Source: Girardia tigrina (lineage: Eukaryota). From it: a stretch of 52,254 bases of DNA. The stretch's first letter is position 1. Every line of letters starts with the position of its first letter. A model generated the notes under the pieces. That model ran no database searches and had not been told where the DNA came from. It saw nothing but the letters and a program-made list of their open reading frames with translations. Of the stretch, positions 26,636 through 38,730 are shown piece after piece. The stretch is taken from positions 1 to 52,254 of the forward strand of contig MQRK01174037.1 of NCBI GenBank assembly GCA_001938485.1, written 5' to 3'. The translations under genes were made by a program, and so were the position numbers.

Positions 26636-27817
26636 CGGTCGAATCAGGTTTATTATGAATCCGCATATAATAAATTTTGTACAATAGAGATTATTATCAT
26701 GCCAATAAAAATGCTAACTAGATTTTAAGCATTTCTAAAAAAATTATAAATATATGTATAAAAGCCCAGAGTTTCATCTGCGTAACGCTCATAGTTTGCT
26801 GGGATCAAATTTTTTTCTTGCTTTTGCATGGCTTAATTTTTTAATCAATGCATAATAACTCCGGTTAATATAAAATTACAAGCCAAAAATAAGCAGCGTC
26901 TGCAGAACGGCTATATATATATGAATAATGTGATAGAACGATTGCAGACTTTTAAAATAGTATCTAACACATGCATATAGAATATATTTATTTTAGAATA
27001 ATAATGATTTTAAAATTAAAACAGAAACTTTCAAAGAAGAAAATTCAGCTCTTCCGTCATATATGACGGGTCTTTTTCTATTAATCGAATAGGAGCCTTA
27101 GAGGATTGAAATAAACCAAAGCATTTTAATGTTCGTTGACCATTGTATTCTCTCATTTAGGAGATGTTGATCTCCTAGCCAATATAAATTGATTTTCTTT
27201 ACACATCTTGCACACGTGTTTTACCAGAACTGGACATATAATTATAAAAAACTTGAAGATTTTTAGAAGAAAGGATTCATCTCAAAATTATTACACAATA
27301 TCAATATTAATAAAAGAATGTTGTAACAGTGCCTCATAATTGAGCTCTAATAATAATGCATAATGATAATTTAAATGTTCAAATTCTAAATGAATTAATC
27401 GATTATGCTAATAATGACAAATTCGTCTCAATATTTGGAACAAATATATCATTAAATGGTTATTTGATGGCTGATTCTACAGTAGAGGTTTTTAGAGATC
27501 ATGAAGTTAACGAGTCCTCTCTAAAATTGACGGAAGGTGAGGATATTGTGAATGAAAATTTCGAGATTAAAAAGCAATAGTTGATCACTGTAAAAAATAG
27601 ATTTGATGAAATTTATTAGGATATGGTGTAAAATATGGAAAGAGATATTAAAATAAATGCTTAAAAAAATTCTACTCAAATATAAATAACTGAAGTTTTA
27701 TTGAATAAGCAAATAAATTTTTCTGCAAATTTGGTATTTTATTGTAAATTATTTGTTCAGTTATAATGAATAACTTTTTAAATCTCCGGAATTCTTCATT
27801 ATAACCTGATTCGACTG
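26636..27817 (+). mobile_element. Deleted pogo/Tigger-like element
   Basis: TA-flanked TIRs cggtcgaatcaggtttattatgaa and (rc) cagtcgaatcaggttataatgaa. DDE_1 remnants (MFVDHC...CTRVLPELD..IIKNLK). Acidic tail is ORF 27356..27580. Confidence 0.8.
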
Positions 27818-28356
27818 TAGATCAAATAGTATAATAGTATTTGTGAAACAGTAAGACATACCAAGTCTTTGATCTTCTAAATAATCTGCAATTTGCTCTA
27901 TAATTTGTTTAGGTATAAGAAAGGACCACTGAAAAATAGTTTTTCAAAAATTTTCAAAAGTAAAAGATCATATAAAACATTAATAGTTTTTACAAATATA
28001 ATAATATTAAATTATATTAGAAAATTAATGTTATAAACAGATCGAAAATCATGTACTGTTGGCTATTAAACTAGAAATCAAAAATATTTCGAGTTATAAA
28101 ATTAATTTTAATAGTATTCAACATTTTAAATTATAGCTAAGCTAAATAAATTAAAACATGTTATTTTTATGTTTATAAATATTTATAATATATTGATTTG
28201 TCAAGATCTTTCCTCTCGAAATTTAAAAACTGATGTTTAAAAAATTTTTAAAAACAGAAATTTATTTTAATAATTTGCATTCGTGATATTAATACATTTT
28301 TCTTGAAAGTAAAAATCAATTTCGATATGATTGAAAATTCAAATTTTTCAATACAG

Positions 28357-28739
28357 AATTATGATAACATAGTATTTTCGACAATGAATCCAAACCTGTC
28401 TAATTGATGAATGACGATAAATTAATATTAAGATGTCTACCAGAAACATAAAAATTAAAAAAAATAAATTAAGAATGGATGATTTTACTCTTTGAATACG
28501 AATTAGATAATACATTCCAACCAATTAAATATAAGTCCAGTTAAATAAACAAGTACAAGAAACAAGTTATTTGAATCCCAATTGTATGTTATAAGTTACT
28601 TTAGAGCGTCATTTTTATACATTGTTAAACAAATTGTTATAACTTATCATTTGTAGAATTTGATTTTGCAGTGGTACCATCTCCTGTCATACTTATGGAT
28701 GTTAATGTATTGTTTTATCAATAATTGAAGCTAAGAATG
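28357..28739 (+). pseudogene. Possible PTEN-type C2 domain exons, heavily decayed
   Basis: ESKPV*LMNDDKLILRCLP / PIKYKSS / FDFAVVPSPVILMDVNVLFYQ appear in the same order as PTEN C2 motifs, each after an AG acceptor. Frameshifts are required to join them. Confidence 0.3.
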
Positions 28740-29199
28740 TAAATATCAAGTATATTTATCTAACTATAGTAGCCACAAAAGTTTTAGAAATATTTTATTA
28801 TTATAACTATTTTTATTATTAAGATATTTTTTGCTTTTACAAGGTAGGTTAATACGTCTCAACTGTATTTATCGGATATTTTTTTCGAATGAGCAGGCAT
28901 TTGGAAGAGAAACAAATATCTACGAAGAACAGTGGCAATGATGAATGTGAGTATTCTGGTATGTCTTCTGCTTCCAATAAAGAAAGTGATTCGAGTTCTG
29001 ATGAACAAAATGAAGCTGATTAAAATGTCTCTCGGTATATGCAAATTGAGATATCAATTAACTTCAATATTCTATGGTTTAAGTCTACACTTTTTTTATT
29101 AAAAATTGAAATGTATGGAATACAAAGTGTAAAATAAGATGATTTTTTCGATTTACAAAAAAACTATATTACTCAAACAAATTAAATGATCCAATTAAT

Positions 29200-31520
29200 T
29201 ACACTCCCCCATGATCTCCAGATAAAATCCCATAATCGTCCAGATATTGAGGAGGTTTCTGCACCCGCACCGGTCGTTCAGCGGAATCTGTAGCTACTTC
29301 TTGCGTTGTCGGTCCACTCATTTCGTTTTCACTGTCTGAAATGCGATCATCGGAATCCACTAACATCAGTTGTCGATTGTCCACTGCTCTCCTGATGTGG
29401 AATATATGTCTCGTGATTCCATCGTCGTTCAGCTCCACCTCAACTGCAGACTTCAATGATTTAATTACATGCGGCCCCGCCCATGGTTCATTGCATTTCC
29501 CGCCGACTCTCAAATAAACATTCTCACCAATGCTGAACGGCTTTTCTTCGTAGCGTCATACTCATCATTTGAGATGCATTCCGAGATGAATTTGCATTCA
29601 ACCTGATGCTCATCTCGAATCATTGGTAGTGGGGACTTGGCATGGAACATCAATTCATAAGGCCCCGCATCCCGGTGACCAGTTGTACTGTTGTAACAAA
29701 ACACGCATTCACTGATCGACTTTGCAGATCTCGCCGCCATTGTCTTAATAGTGCGGTGATTTATCTTGCACATCCCATTCCCTTGATGGCGATAGGCTGA
29801 GGTGAACCCTTGCTCGATTCTCCATTTATCTAGCAACCGTCTCATTGGGGCACTTCGGTAGACAGCCGCATTGTCGGAAAAGAAACGTTTCGGCGGTCCA
29901 AATTCAGAGCATACGCTATCTATATGCCAACCTATTTCCTCGGTGGATTCACTGCGCAAATTTCTCCAAATACAAAATCTTGTTGCTGAATCCACTATGG
30001 TCAGATACGCGACACCGTTGAAATAAGTCCCATCGCTATAAAGTTGGTACCATACCTTGTCAGTTGACAATTGCCCATGTCGATACTCCATTCGTGGGGC
30101 TTGACAGATCTTTGAACACTCAACACATTGCTTGATAACTTCTTTAACTTGACTCGACTTTATTGCATTAGACCAATATTTTTTCCCCTACAGTTCACTC
30201 GTCCTGTCGACTCCAAAGTGACAGATATCATGATTTTTCTTGATCTCATCATCACTTGGATACTGATTTACTTCAATGGCGTTTACTTCCACTTTCCTGT
30301 TTAGCCATTGCTTTGGAACCCTGGTCAAACAATCTGCCATATTCAATTGAGATTTCACCAATTCCAGTTTTTCTTGATCTTTCAACTCTCTCATGATATC
30401 GAGTCTTCGCCGTACCAAATGTTTAGATAACGTGCTGGTTCTTGGGTTGTGTGTATTCTTGAATACTGTCATGAGCCATCCATACACTGTTGCTGAGTCC
30501 GTCATCAGCTTGAACTTATGAAAGCCCCAGGTTATTGTCAAGTTTATTCCCCTTATGGCCGCATTCAGTTAACTCATATGGCTTGTATCGTCTTCTTTCA
30601 TTAACCAAGCAGCGTCTTCAACGATATTACCGTTAACGCACAGTAGTACGCCCACTGCTATACTACTTGCAACTGTCCAAACGACAACATTATTATTGCA
30701 ATTTACCACCCACTTGTCTGTTGCTGGATCTCCATCAATCCTCAGCCTTTGACAAATTTCATTAACTTTCTCTATGATGTCTTTTGGAACTAATTCATCC
30801 CAGCCTATCTTGTATTTTGTGGTTAATCTCATGGCCTATCCACTCCCCCAAAATTCCATGTACTTCTCTCCTCGTTGCTTTCTCAAGCTCCCTAGTTACG
30901 AGCTCTTGGTCTCTTTTTACTGCAAATTTCTTTGTACATTCAGTCCAATCACCATGACATCTTTGGCTAAGCCAATCCGTTCTATGGGTTTAGACTCCAA
31001 CACAAACCGGCAAAAAATTCCTACTAGATCCTCTGCATTACAAGAACTTTCCGCAAAGATCACGACATCAATATAACCAGAAGCAGTTATCATCTACTAT
31101 TCCTTGATAATCGTTTCAACTATTCTTGACATGACCTTTGGCGCAATGGATAGACCAAACCCTAACCTGGTCATCACATACACTTCGCCATTCCACATAA
31201 CCGCCTGATATTTCCACAAATCTGGAGCCACCCTTACTTATAGACAAGCCTTTTTTAAATCCATTATAGCGGAGTTGGGTCCCAATTTTCTCCACTCCCG
31301 TAATCGTGACTGGCAACTGGCATAACTACTGCCCGGATAGCTATGAATTTGTTCGTTCAGTAACCTGTAGTCTAATATCAGTCATATTCGTGTCGTTTTG
31401 CCTTTGACTTGCCACACTCCGATCAACGGTATCATGTTACGAATCTTCCCGTTTCGCTTTTCATCCCACTTTATCAGAACACCTTCGCTTACCCACTCAT
31501 TCACTTCATCTTGAAATGGT
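29200..31520 (-). mobile_element. Ty3/Gypsy pol (RT-RNaseH-integrase), decayed, with PPT
   Basis: RT: LDYRLLN, DLKK, MTRLGFGLSIAP, YIDV. RNase H: VWTVASSIAVG, TDSATVYGW, NMADCLTR. Zinc finger HDICHFG. rve core: LTIVD, SDNAAVYRS. PPT gggggag then TGT at 29203. Confidence 0.93.
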
Positions 31521-31639
31521 TCTTAAAATTATTTGGAAATAAAATTATTTGAAAACTAAATATTATTTTTAAACCGAATTATATAAATTTCTAAGTTTAA
31601 AAATTAAAATGGTTCAAAAATAAGATAAATGTATTATTT

Positions 31640-32105
31640 CAGAAGAAAGAGACGCCTTCAATTCATTTAACGCCCACCAGCTGCGACAGACAAGAAAAGC
31701 CGTCCAATGGGAAAATGCGACGCTGATTCATGGCAATGCGCCAGTCCATGTATCCAGGGCAACTACCACTTTCCTGAAGACGAAACGTTGCCATCCTCTT
31801 CACCAACCCCCATACTCTCCTGACACTAACATTTTCAACCGCCACATACTCCCTCTCCTGGAAATGCGTCGCAAAAATATCGTTTTCGTTGATTCTCATT
31901 CCTTGGAGACCATCCTGGAAGATTCCAAGGAGAGTATGAGTAGTGAGATCATTAGATATGAGTTTGATAAACTGAAACACCACTACCAGCTGATAATTTA
32001 GCTTTATGGAAATTTTGTGTAATTATATTTTTTAATGTCATTGGTGCAAAGTTATTTCTTTATTATCTGAATTTGTTAAAACGATCTTTTTGAAAGGACA
32101 ATCTG
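31640..32105 (+). mobile_element. Mariner-like transposase 3' half and right end
   Basis: TLIHGNAPVHVSRATTTFL...QP(P)YSPDTN..., C-terminus YQLII*LYGNFV*. Ends ...ggacaatctg followed by TA. Confidence 0.75.
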
Positions 32106-32367
32106 TATAGCTACTTAAAAATTAAATTTTAAGATAAAATTATGTTTCATTAATACATATAGCTTGGAATTTCTTGGCAAAAAACGTAATATTGAACACA
32201 ATGTGCGAAAATTTCATTTTTAGAGAACTTCATAATATGTTGCAAGGATAACTGAAATTTCAACTGTATTAAATTGATGTTTTCATTTTTATTGGAAATC
32301 GTTTTCGAAAAAATAACAATAATCTGAAGATAAGAAAGAAATCGAAGGATCATTAGATATTAATAAT

Positions 32368-33374
32368 GTGCCTAAATATTGTTTAATTATACCTTATACG
32401 GAAGGATTTAAGAACTTTAAAAATGCATTGTTAAAAGCAACTAACAATGAATTAAATTTAAAAATGATATCACGATCTAATAAAATTCAAAACATGTTCA
32501 GTAATAAATCTATTACACCTTTGACACTTTGTTCTGATATTGTTTATGAATATAAATGTAATGGGTGCGATGCCACATACATTGGAGAGACTACTCGTCA
32601 TCTCTGCAAACAAATTCAAGAACATAGTCTAAAAGAGAGTAAGAGTAATATTGCAGAACATAGAAAAATAGTAAAATAATATTATTAATAAAAATTTTTT
32701 TTTATAAAAACAACCACGTTTTTCAAGCATTACCAATGCACTAAAAAGAGGAAAACAATTTTTTTCTAGACATGTGCGAAATTTTATACCTAACCAAAAA
32801 CGTGGGGCGGATTTCTGAATTACTGCTATTAGTAACTGATATTTCCTCTTTACTGCTTTTTAGTAACAATCGATCATTTCTATGCCCCGAATAACAGAAA
32901 TGATAATAAAACCAAAATAACAAAGTTTTATTTTAATAAAAGCAAGTTTTATTTCAAAATAATTTTTAAACCTAATTTTAATACTTCTACATTTAATTAT
33001 CACTTGATTTTCACAATATTTGTTCAATTTATTGATTTTTTCCGTACATCCGTAAAGTAAATGTTTTAAAATATTGTATTGTCATCGGAAGCAAGCCTGT
33101 ATAAAAAAATTCAGCTCAATTGGATGACTGAAAGTGGTCGAAAAATCAATCGCAATATTTGTTCCAGACAGACAGACAAGAAACCAAGCTAAGAAAAACG
33201 TGGTAATAAAAATGTAAATGTGATGTTAATATTTATAATTTCAAAATTCTGTGTAAGCATTTTGATAGTTCTTGGGAGAGAGTGTTGTGTGAAGCTCTGT
33301 TAATTAGGTCATGTTGCCCTAAAATCAATGTTCAATCGGCAGTCTCAACCAGCTTATTGAGAATTTTTGATTAG
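32368..33374 (+). mobile_element. Penelope-like GIY-YIG endonuclease region, split by an insertion
   Basis: IVYEYKCNGCDATYIGETTRHL..IQEH..SNIAEHRK resumes after 33207 as KCKCDVNIYNFKILCKH..ERVLCEALLIR..PKINVQ...LLRIFD*. Confidence 0.9.
32669..33207 (-). mobile_element. Helentron-associated HINE/DINE-1-like non-autonomous element
   Basis: 12-bp subterminal inverted repeats accacgtttttc (32713-32724) and gaaaaacgtggt (33193-33204), a (GTCT)n microsatellite near one end, T-rich termini and no clear TSD. Interrupts the Penelope ORF. Confidence 0.7.
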
Positions 33375-35439
33375 CATGATTTCATGCAATTGATGCATAA
33401 TCATTATTTTTGTATTTATATACAGGTGAATTGATTATTAATAAGTGACGCGAAGGTGAGGGCTGATCCGTCTAAATATATTGTCTATAAATATATTTTT
33501 TAATGGATGAGTGTTGTTTTTAATATAAAGATAGATTTATATTTTATTAATTAATTTTTTTTCCAAAGATCACACCAAATTAATGATTCCAGTAATGATT
33601 AAGCCTTTTCTTTCTAGTCTTAAGACAGCTACATTTCATAGATGTTATCAAAGGTGTTACTTATTTGGTTCTTGATCAAAAGACGTTGTCATTAACACAA
33701 AACTTTATTTCTACCACAATTTGAGTTTTTTAAACAAATATTTTAGAGAAACTTTTGCACTTTTTTTACACAAACCATTATAAATAATAATTGATATAAA
33801 TATAAATATGTTTATTGTATTTTTTCGAATTAAAATTATATAGTTTTTAATTAAAAAATATAAAGTGAATTTATTAAAATTTTGTCACAAAGATTTGTTG
33901 CATCTTTTATTAAATTTCAATTTTACTGTTCATTTAAATTTACCTGGTTCTCAATTAAATTTCCCAATTCTATACAATAGCATTTTTCATTTCGTTTTCA
34001 TAATATTTTTAAAAATTACTTTGGATTTAATAAAATAATGTTTTGAAAATAGAATTTAAAATCGCAATTTCGTTTAATTTAACAACTTTTAAATTACCCC
34101 TTTTTTACATAAAAATAAAATTATATTTCCATTAATAATTATGTTTTCCAAAATAAAATTAAAGTCGCATTTTCATTTAAGTTGATTTAATTGTTTTACT
34201 ATAAATTTGATTCCAATTACAATTTACAAAAAAAATTATAATTACATTTTTAATTAACTTCGATTTAATCGTGTAAAATAAAAGTTACAAAAAATAGTTT
34301 AGTTTACTTTCATTTCGCAAATAAAATATTAAATTTTATATTACTTTTGATTTTATTTCAATTAAATATTTTCATCAAATTTGAAATTAACTTTTTTACT
34401 TTATAATAAATCTTTGCATAAATCTTTTAATAAACCTACCGTAAAATTTATTTTATTTCTTACATAAATTAATTTTTACATTAAATTTCTGAAAATCTTA
34501 TTTTAACATATCTATAACAATATTTTACGGAATGTAATTGTTTAATTATTAATTTGATAAGATCCTAAATTAAAAAATTTTATGAACTCAACAACGCTCC
34601 CAACATAACTTATGAAATTTTATAGCTATTTATTTGTCCTTATATATATTCAATATCAATTTAACTTGTTCAAAATAATATTTTTAAAAGAAATATAAAA
34701 ATATATGAGTATTTACCATTTAAAATCTTTAGTCCATTTCCATGGTGTTTTACACTAATCTAATTTTAGACATTCAAGAAAAATAATACAAATTATATTT
34801 TGATAACTACCAAAACAAAGTCAAGTATTCTGCCATAAATAATATTATAAAAGAAAATTAGAAACTGAACAAATTTACTAATTTGCATACAAATTGGATT
34901 AACCTAAGGCGGCAATAAAGTTGTAGGAAAATTTATTCTGAATAATACTCCCAAAAGGTATGTCTTACTAGACTTGATTAAAAAGCTGATACCACCCATA
35001 ATTAAAATCACTTTACAAGTTTCCTATTTCTAAATCTTATTTTAGCATTTATAAAAGAAGAAAAAATAAGATAAATATGCTTTTATAACAAATGAAATTA
35101 AACCTTAATATTTTGAAAAAATCTTTAATGATAATCGATGTTAAAAAAATCGATTTAATTTTAAAAAAATATGAATCACTTAAATTTAAAATTAATAGAA
35201 TAAAATATTTCAATATTTTTTCCAAATTTTTAGATATCTTTCAAACAATTATAATTTCATTCAGGATTACTAAAAGGTTTATAGGCGGCAAACCACCAGT
35301 GGAAGAAAAGTAAAAAATTTAGTAATTTTTTAAAAGTTTTTTACACTTCACCTGAAAGTTTTCAATAAAAAGTCCCTCAATTACTTTTAAATTTTTATTT
35401 AAATTTTCATCAAAATTTGAGTTATAATAATTACTGCGC

Positions 35440-35680
35440 CGCTCTTGAGATCGTGAGTTGTTGTTATATCGTTAGCCTGCAGAAGCAGTTATCCAGACCG
35501 ACCACGTGGAGGAATACGCCTGCTGTCCTTTGAGATTTTTATCCCCATTGCTGAGTTGTTTACATGCGGAAGACTTCCTTGAACACGACATTTCGTGTGA
35601 AATATCGGGTGTCATTCTTAAGAAACTGTCCCTGTTGATTGCTTTCAGCAACTTTGACTATGATTCGGTCTCTACATTGT
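35440..35680 (-). mobile_element. Probable gypsy gag fragment
   Basis: GC-richer island. RDRIIVKVAESNQQGQFLKNDT resembles the gag motif RDRxVxG...LL. Confidence 0.45.
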
Positions 35681-35938
35681 GAAAGGAATTAGGCAACGTA
35701 GAGAGTGCCTAATCACTCTTACCTAATAAAGTCAGTGCTTTATATTCAAATAACCTTAAAATAAATCTTATCAATTTAATTTCGATTTTTTAATAAAGAA
35801 AATTTCTCATTTGCTTACTTAGATTCACATTGAGTTTGATTGTAAATTTTAGGTTTTTTATGAATAACTTGTGAATCAAATTACTTTGTTGAAGTGCATT
35901 TTTTCCATCGCCTACTACTTGCAATTGTAAGTAAACTA

Positions 35939-35983
<45 letters not shown>

Positions 35984-35985
<2 letters not shown>

Positions 35986-37528
35986 ATTTTCCGTTCAATT
36001 GGAACATTTTGCTTTTCAAATTGAACATTTTAGCAATGAATCGCAACATTTTATTATTCAAATTGAACATGTATAAAATAAAAAAAACAAGATATGATAA
36101 TAGTTTATTAATATATTAACAAATCGTAATAACAACTTGTTTAATGATGAATGTATGGCAATTCAGCTACGCAGTTTATAATATTTCGAAGAATGTTCCT
36201 TAAATATCTTGCGCTATCTGATGCCGTTATGTTATGCGTTTCAGATAACATCAGTTCAGACAACAATAATCCATTAGTCCCCAATCTTAATTTTGATCTT
36301 ACACCTTTCTTAAATTTTGAAAAAGCATTTACAATAGGGTTAAGCATATAAGAATAAAGTGAAAGGAATTTAAATTCAAAATTAAATTCTGAAGTTAGTC
36401 TTTCAATTTCTTTTTTTTATGTATTCTGGCGTTATCCATTATTAAACAAGTTTTTCGCATATGAAGAACACATCTCAAATAGCAACATAGTTCAGTAATA
36501 TATTCAGTAAAAATATTAGCATTGACGGTAGAGTTAGCAATTGTTTAGCAATAGCCCATTCCGTTGATTGTCATACTTGCAATTAAAGAACTTTATCTAC
36601 CTCTTACTGTTGGTGTTGATACTATAGCACGAGTTCCTTGCTTTGATCTCGCATGAGATCTTTTTAAATGTAAATTGAAAGATGATTCATCGATAACCAT
36701 TGTAATCTTCTTGCATTATTTAAATATTTGATAATTTAAATAGATAAAAGAAAACGAGATAGGTTATTTGAAAAATAAGTCGTTTATTTAGTCGTTTATT
36801 CATTCATCGCCCCTCAAAAGTCATTGTTTAAATGGTAGTTAAACCATAGCACATATTCCTTTCTCAAAATGATTTTTTCGCCGAATTAACTCTATCCAGC
36901 TCTCTAGGGGAAAGTTTCATAGTTAATTTTAGCTCTTCTAGGCATCTATTAATGCTAGAAATTGATATCGAAATTTTCGGTTTAGCTACTTGCTCAAGCT
37001 TTTCTTTAATTTCTTTAAGTGTAAACTGTGGGTTAAATGCAACGATCTTCTCATTTTTGTTTATATTATGCGCTGTGAGAACTGTTCTTATTGAACCAAC
37101 CTTTGCTTTGAGTTTAACAATATTGTGCTTGTTATATTTATTGACTATTACTCTTGCTGAATTATAGTTAATTTGAACGATCTCTGATGCTTATAATATA
37201 CTCTGTCCTTCTTCACAGACGAGTCTAATTAAGCTTTGACGTTTTTCATTTGATATTTTAGCATATGAAATTCTTGTTGGGGTTTCATTTTCAGAATAAC
37301 TGTCAAGGCAATATTGTTCGAATTATTTGAATCCATTTTGATTTTTGAAAAAAAGCGAGAAATTGCGTTAAAGAAATTTAAACAAATTAATTTCTTTTTT
37401 ATATTTCTATATTTAATATTAACCCTAATTTATTTATTAGGTTAGTTATTAGTTAAAATTTTTGATTTAAATTTTTGAACAAAATGTTGCGATTCATTGA
37501 TAAAATGTTCAATTTGACCGGAAAATGG
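35984..37528 (-). mobile_element. Full-length decayed Tc1/IS630-like (DDE_3) transposon in a (TA)n site
   Basis: TIRs ccattttccgttcaattggaacatttt and aaaatgttcaatttgaccggaaaatgg. HTH (ISNEKRQSLIRLV..INYNSARVIV, PQFTLKEI), IDESSFNLH, LIMDNARI, FLSLYSYMLNPIVNAFSKFK. Confidence 0.92.
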
Positions 37529-38099
37529 TATATATATATATATATATATATATCATAGTTTACTTACAATTGCAAGTCATAGATCATTGAACGTGATGTG
37601 CAAACAATTTTTAGTCTATTATATTATATATTATTTTGAAAAAAAATCAATTTGCAATAAAAATCATAGATTAATTTAATTTTGTATAATAAAAATAAAG
37701 GAAAATTCGAGATGAAAATGCCGAACGTTGAAATTATTTTTCAACCAATAATTACATGTATGAAACAAGCAATTGTTTATTATTGTTGTTATTTATTGGA
37801 TAATGTTATTTTATTTGAATTTAATGATTCTAGAATTCATTTTATAAGTAAAAATATTAAAATAACATATAGTGCAATATATAAATAAGTTTTTATAGAC
37901 TTAAAACACATTTTTAACAAACATCCATATTTTCTTTTAAAAATTGCATATTATTTAACGTCAAATCAAATATTCTAATTTCACAAAAGCAAATTGAATA
38001 TATTGATATACATTTACTATTATTTGAATAAAATTTTAAATGATGGTTTTATGCTTTTTTTGACTTGCAATAATTTCTATCTGTTCTTGAAAGTTTTGT

Positions 38100-38730
38100 A
38101 GTTCAATCGGTTAATACAGAGAAAAAAACTACCACATATAGAAGCAAAAATTGCAAAAAGTGCCTAACTGCGTCTAGCACCACTAGACTTAAAGAACATG
38201 TGGGCAGTTGATATTTGAGTATCGGTCTTTTGATTGATATTGTTAAAAATAATGAAAACAATGCAACACAGTCATTAGATTCATTAGCACATGTACAATT
38301 ATCTTCAGTATTCAGTCAAGAAGACCCTTCTACTATTTCGTCTCAAAGCTGTCTGAAATCAATGGAATAACGTTTTCATGCATCATCCAGTGACAGTGTG
38401 ATTACAAAATCTAGTCATTCATAGAAAACGTTCCGTTTGTATTTTCTCAAGTGATCTCGGCTGTAAGAGATGAAAGAACATTGTTTCATACTACATTTGA
38501 GTAATTTACAATAACTAAGTTGATCACATTAGTTATTGCCGCTCTTCGCGCAATTCATACAAAACTTGTATATCGAACTTCATCTATTTACCGAGTTTTT
38601 ATGATACTGAAAGTTCCTAGTTTTCGATTTTGGATTTCTCTGCAAGAATTTTGAGATTTGTTGATAGTCATTATGACGAATGAAAATAAATATTTCAAGT
38701 CGTCTAAGCTGTGAACTTGACATCTCAGAT
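38100..38730 (+). mobile_element. BED zinc finger hAT remnant
   Basis: YRSKNCKKCLTASSTTRLKEHVGS* is a degenerate zf-BED. Later RFWISLQEF*DLL. Confidence 0.5.

Noticed and set aside
33430-33480. Hammerhead ribozyme in the Penelope 3' region
   Set aside because: A gacg/cgtc stem is present, but the CUGANGA and GAAA core is not intact.
33560-35430. Long AT-rich stretch and ORF 35092..35313
   Set aside because: Low-complexity composition with no recognisable motif or boundaries.
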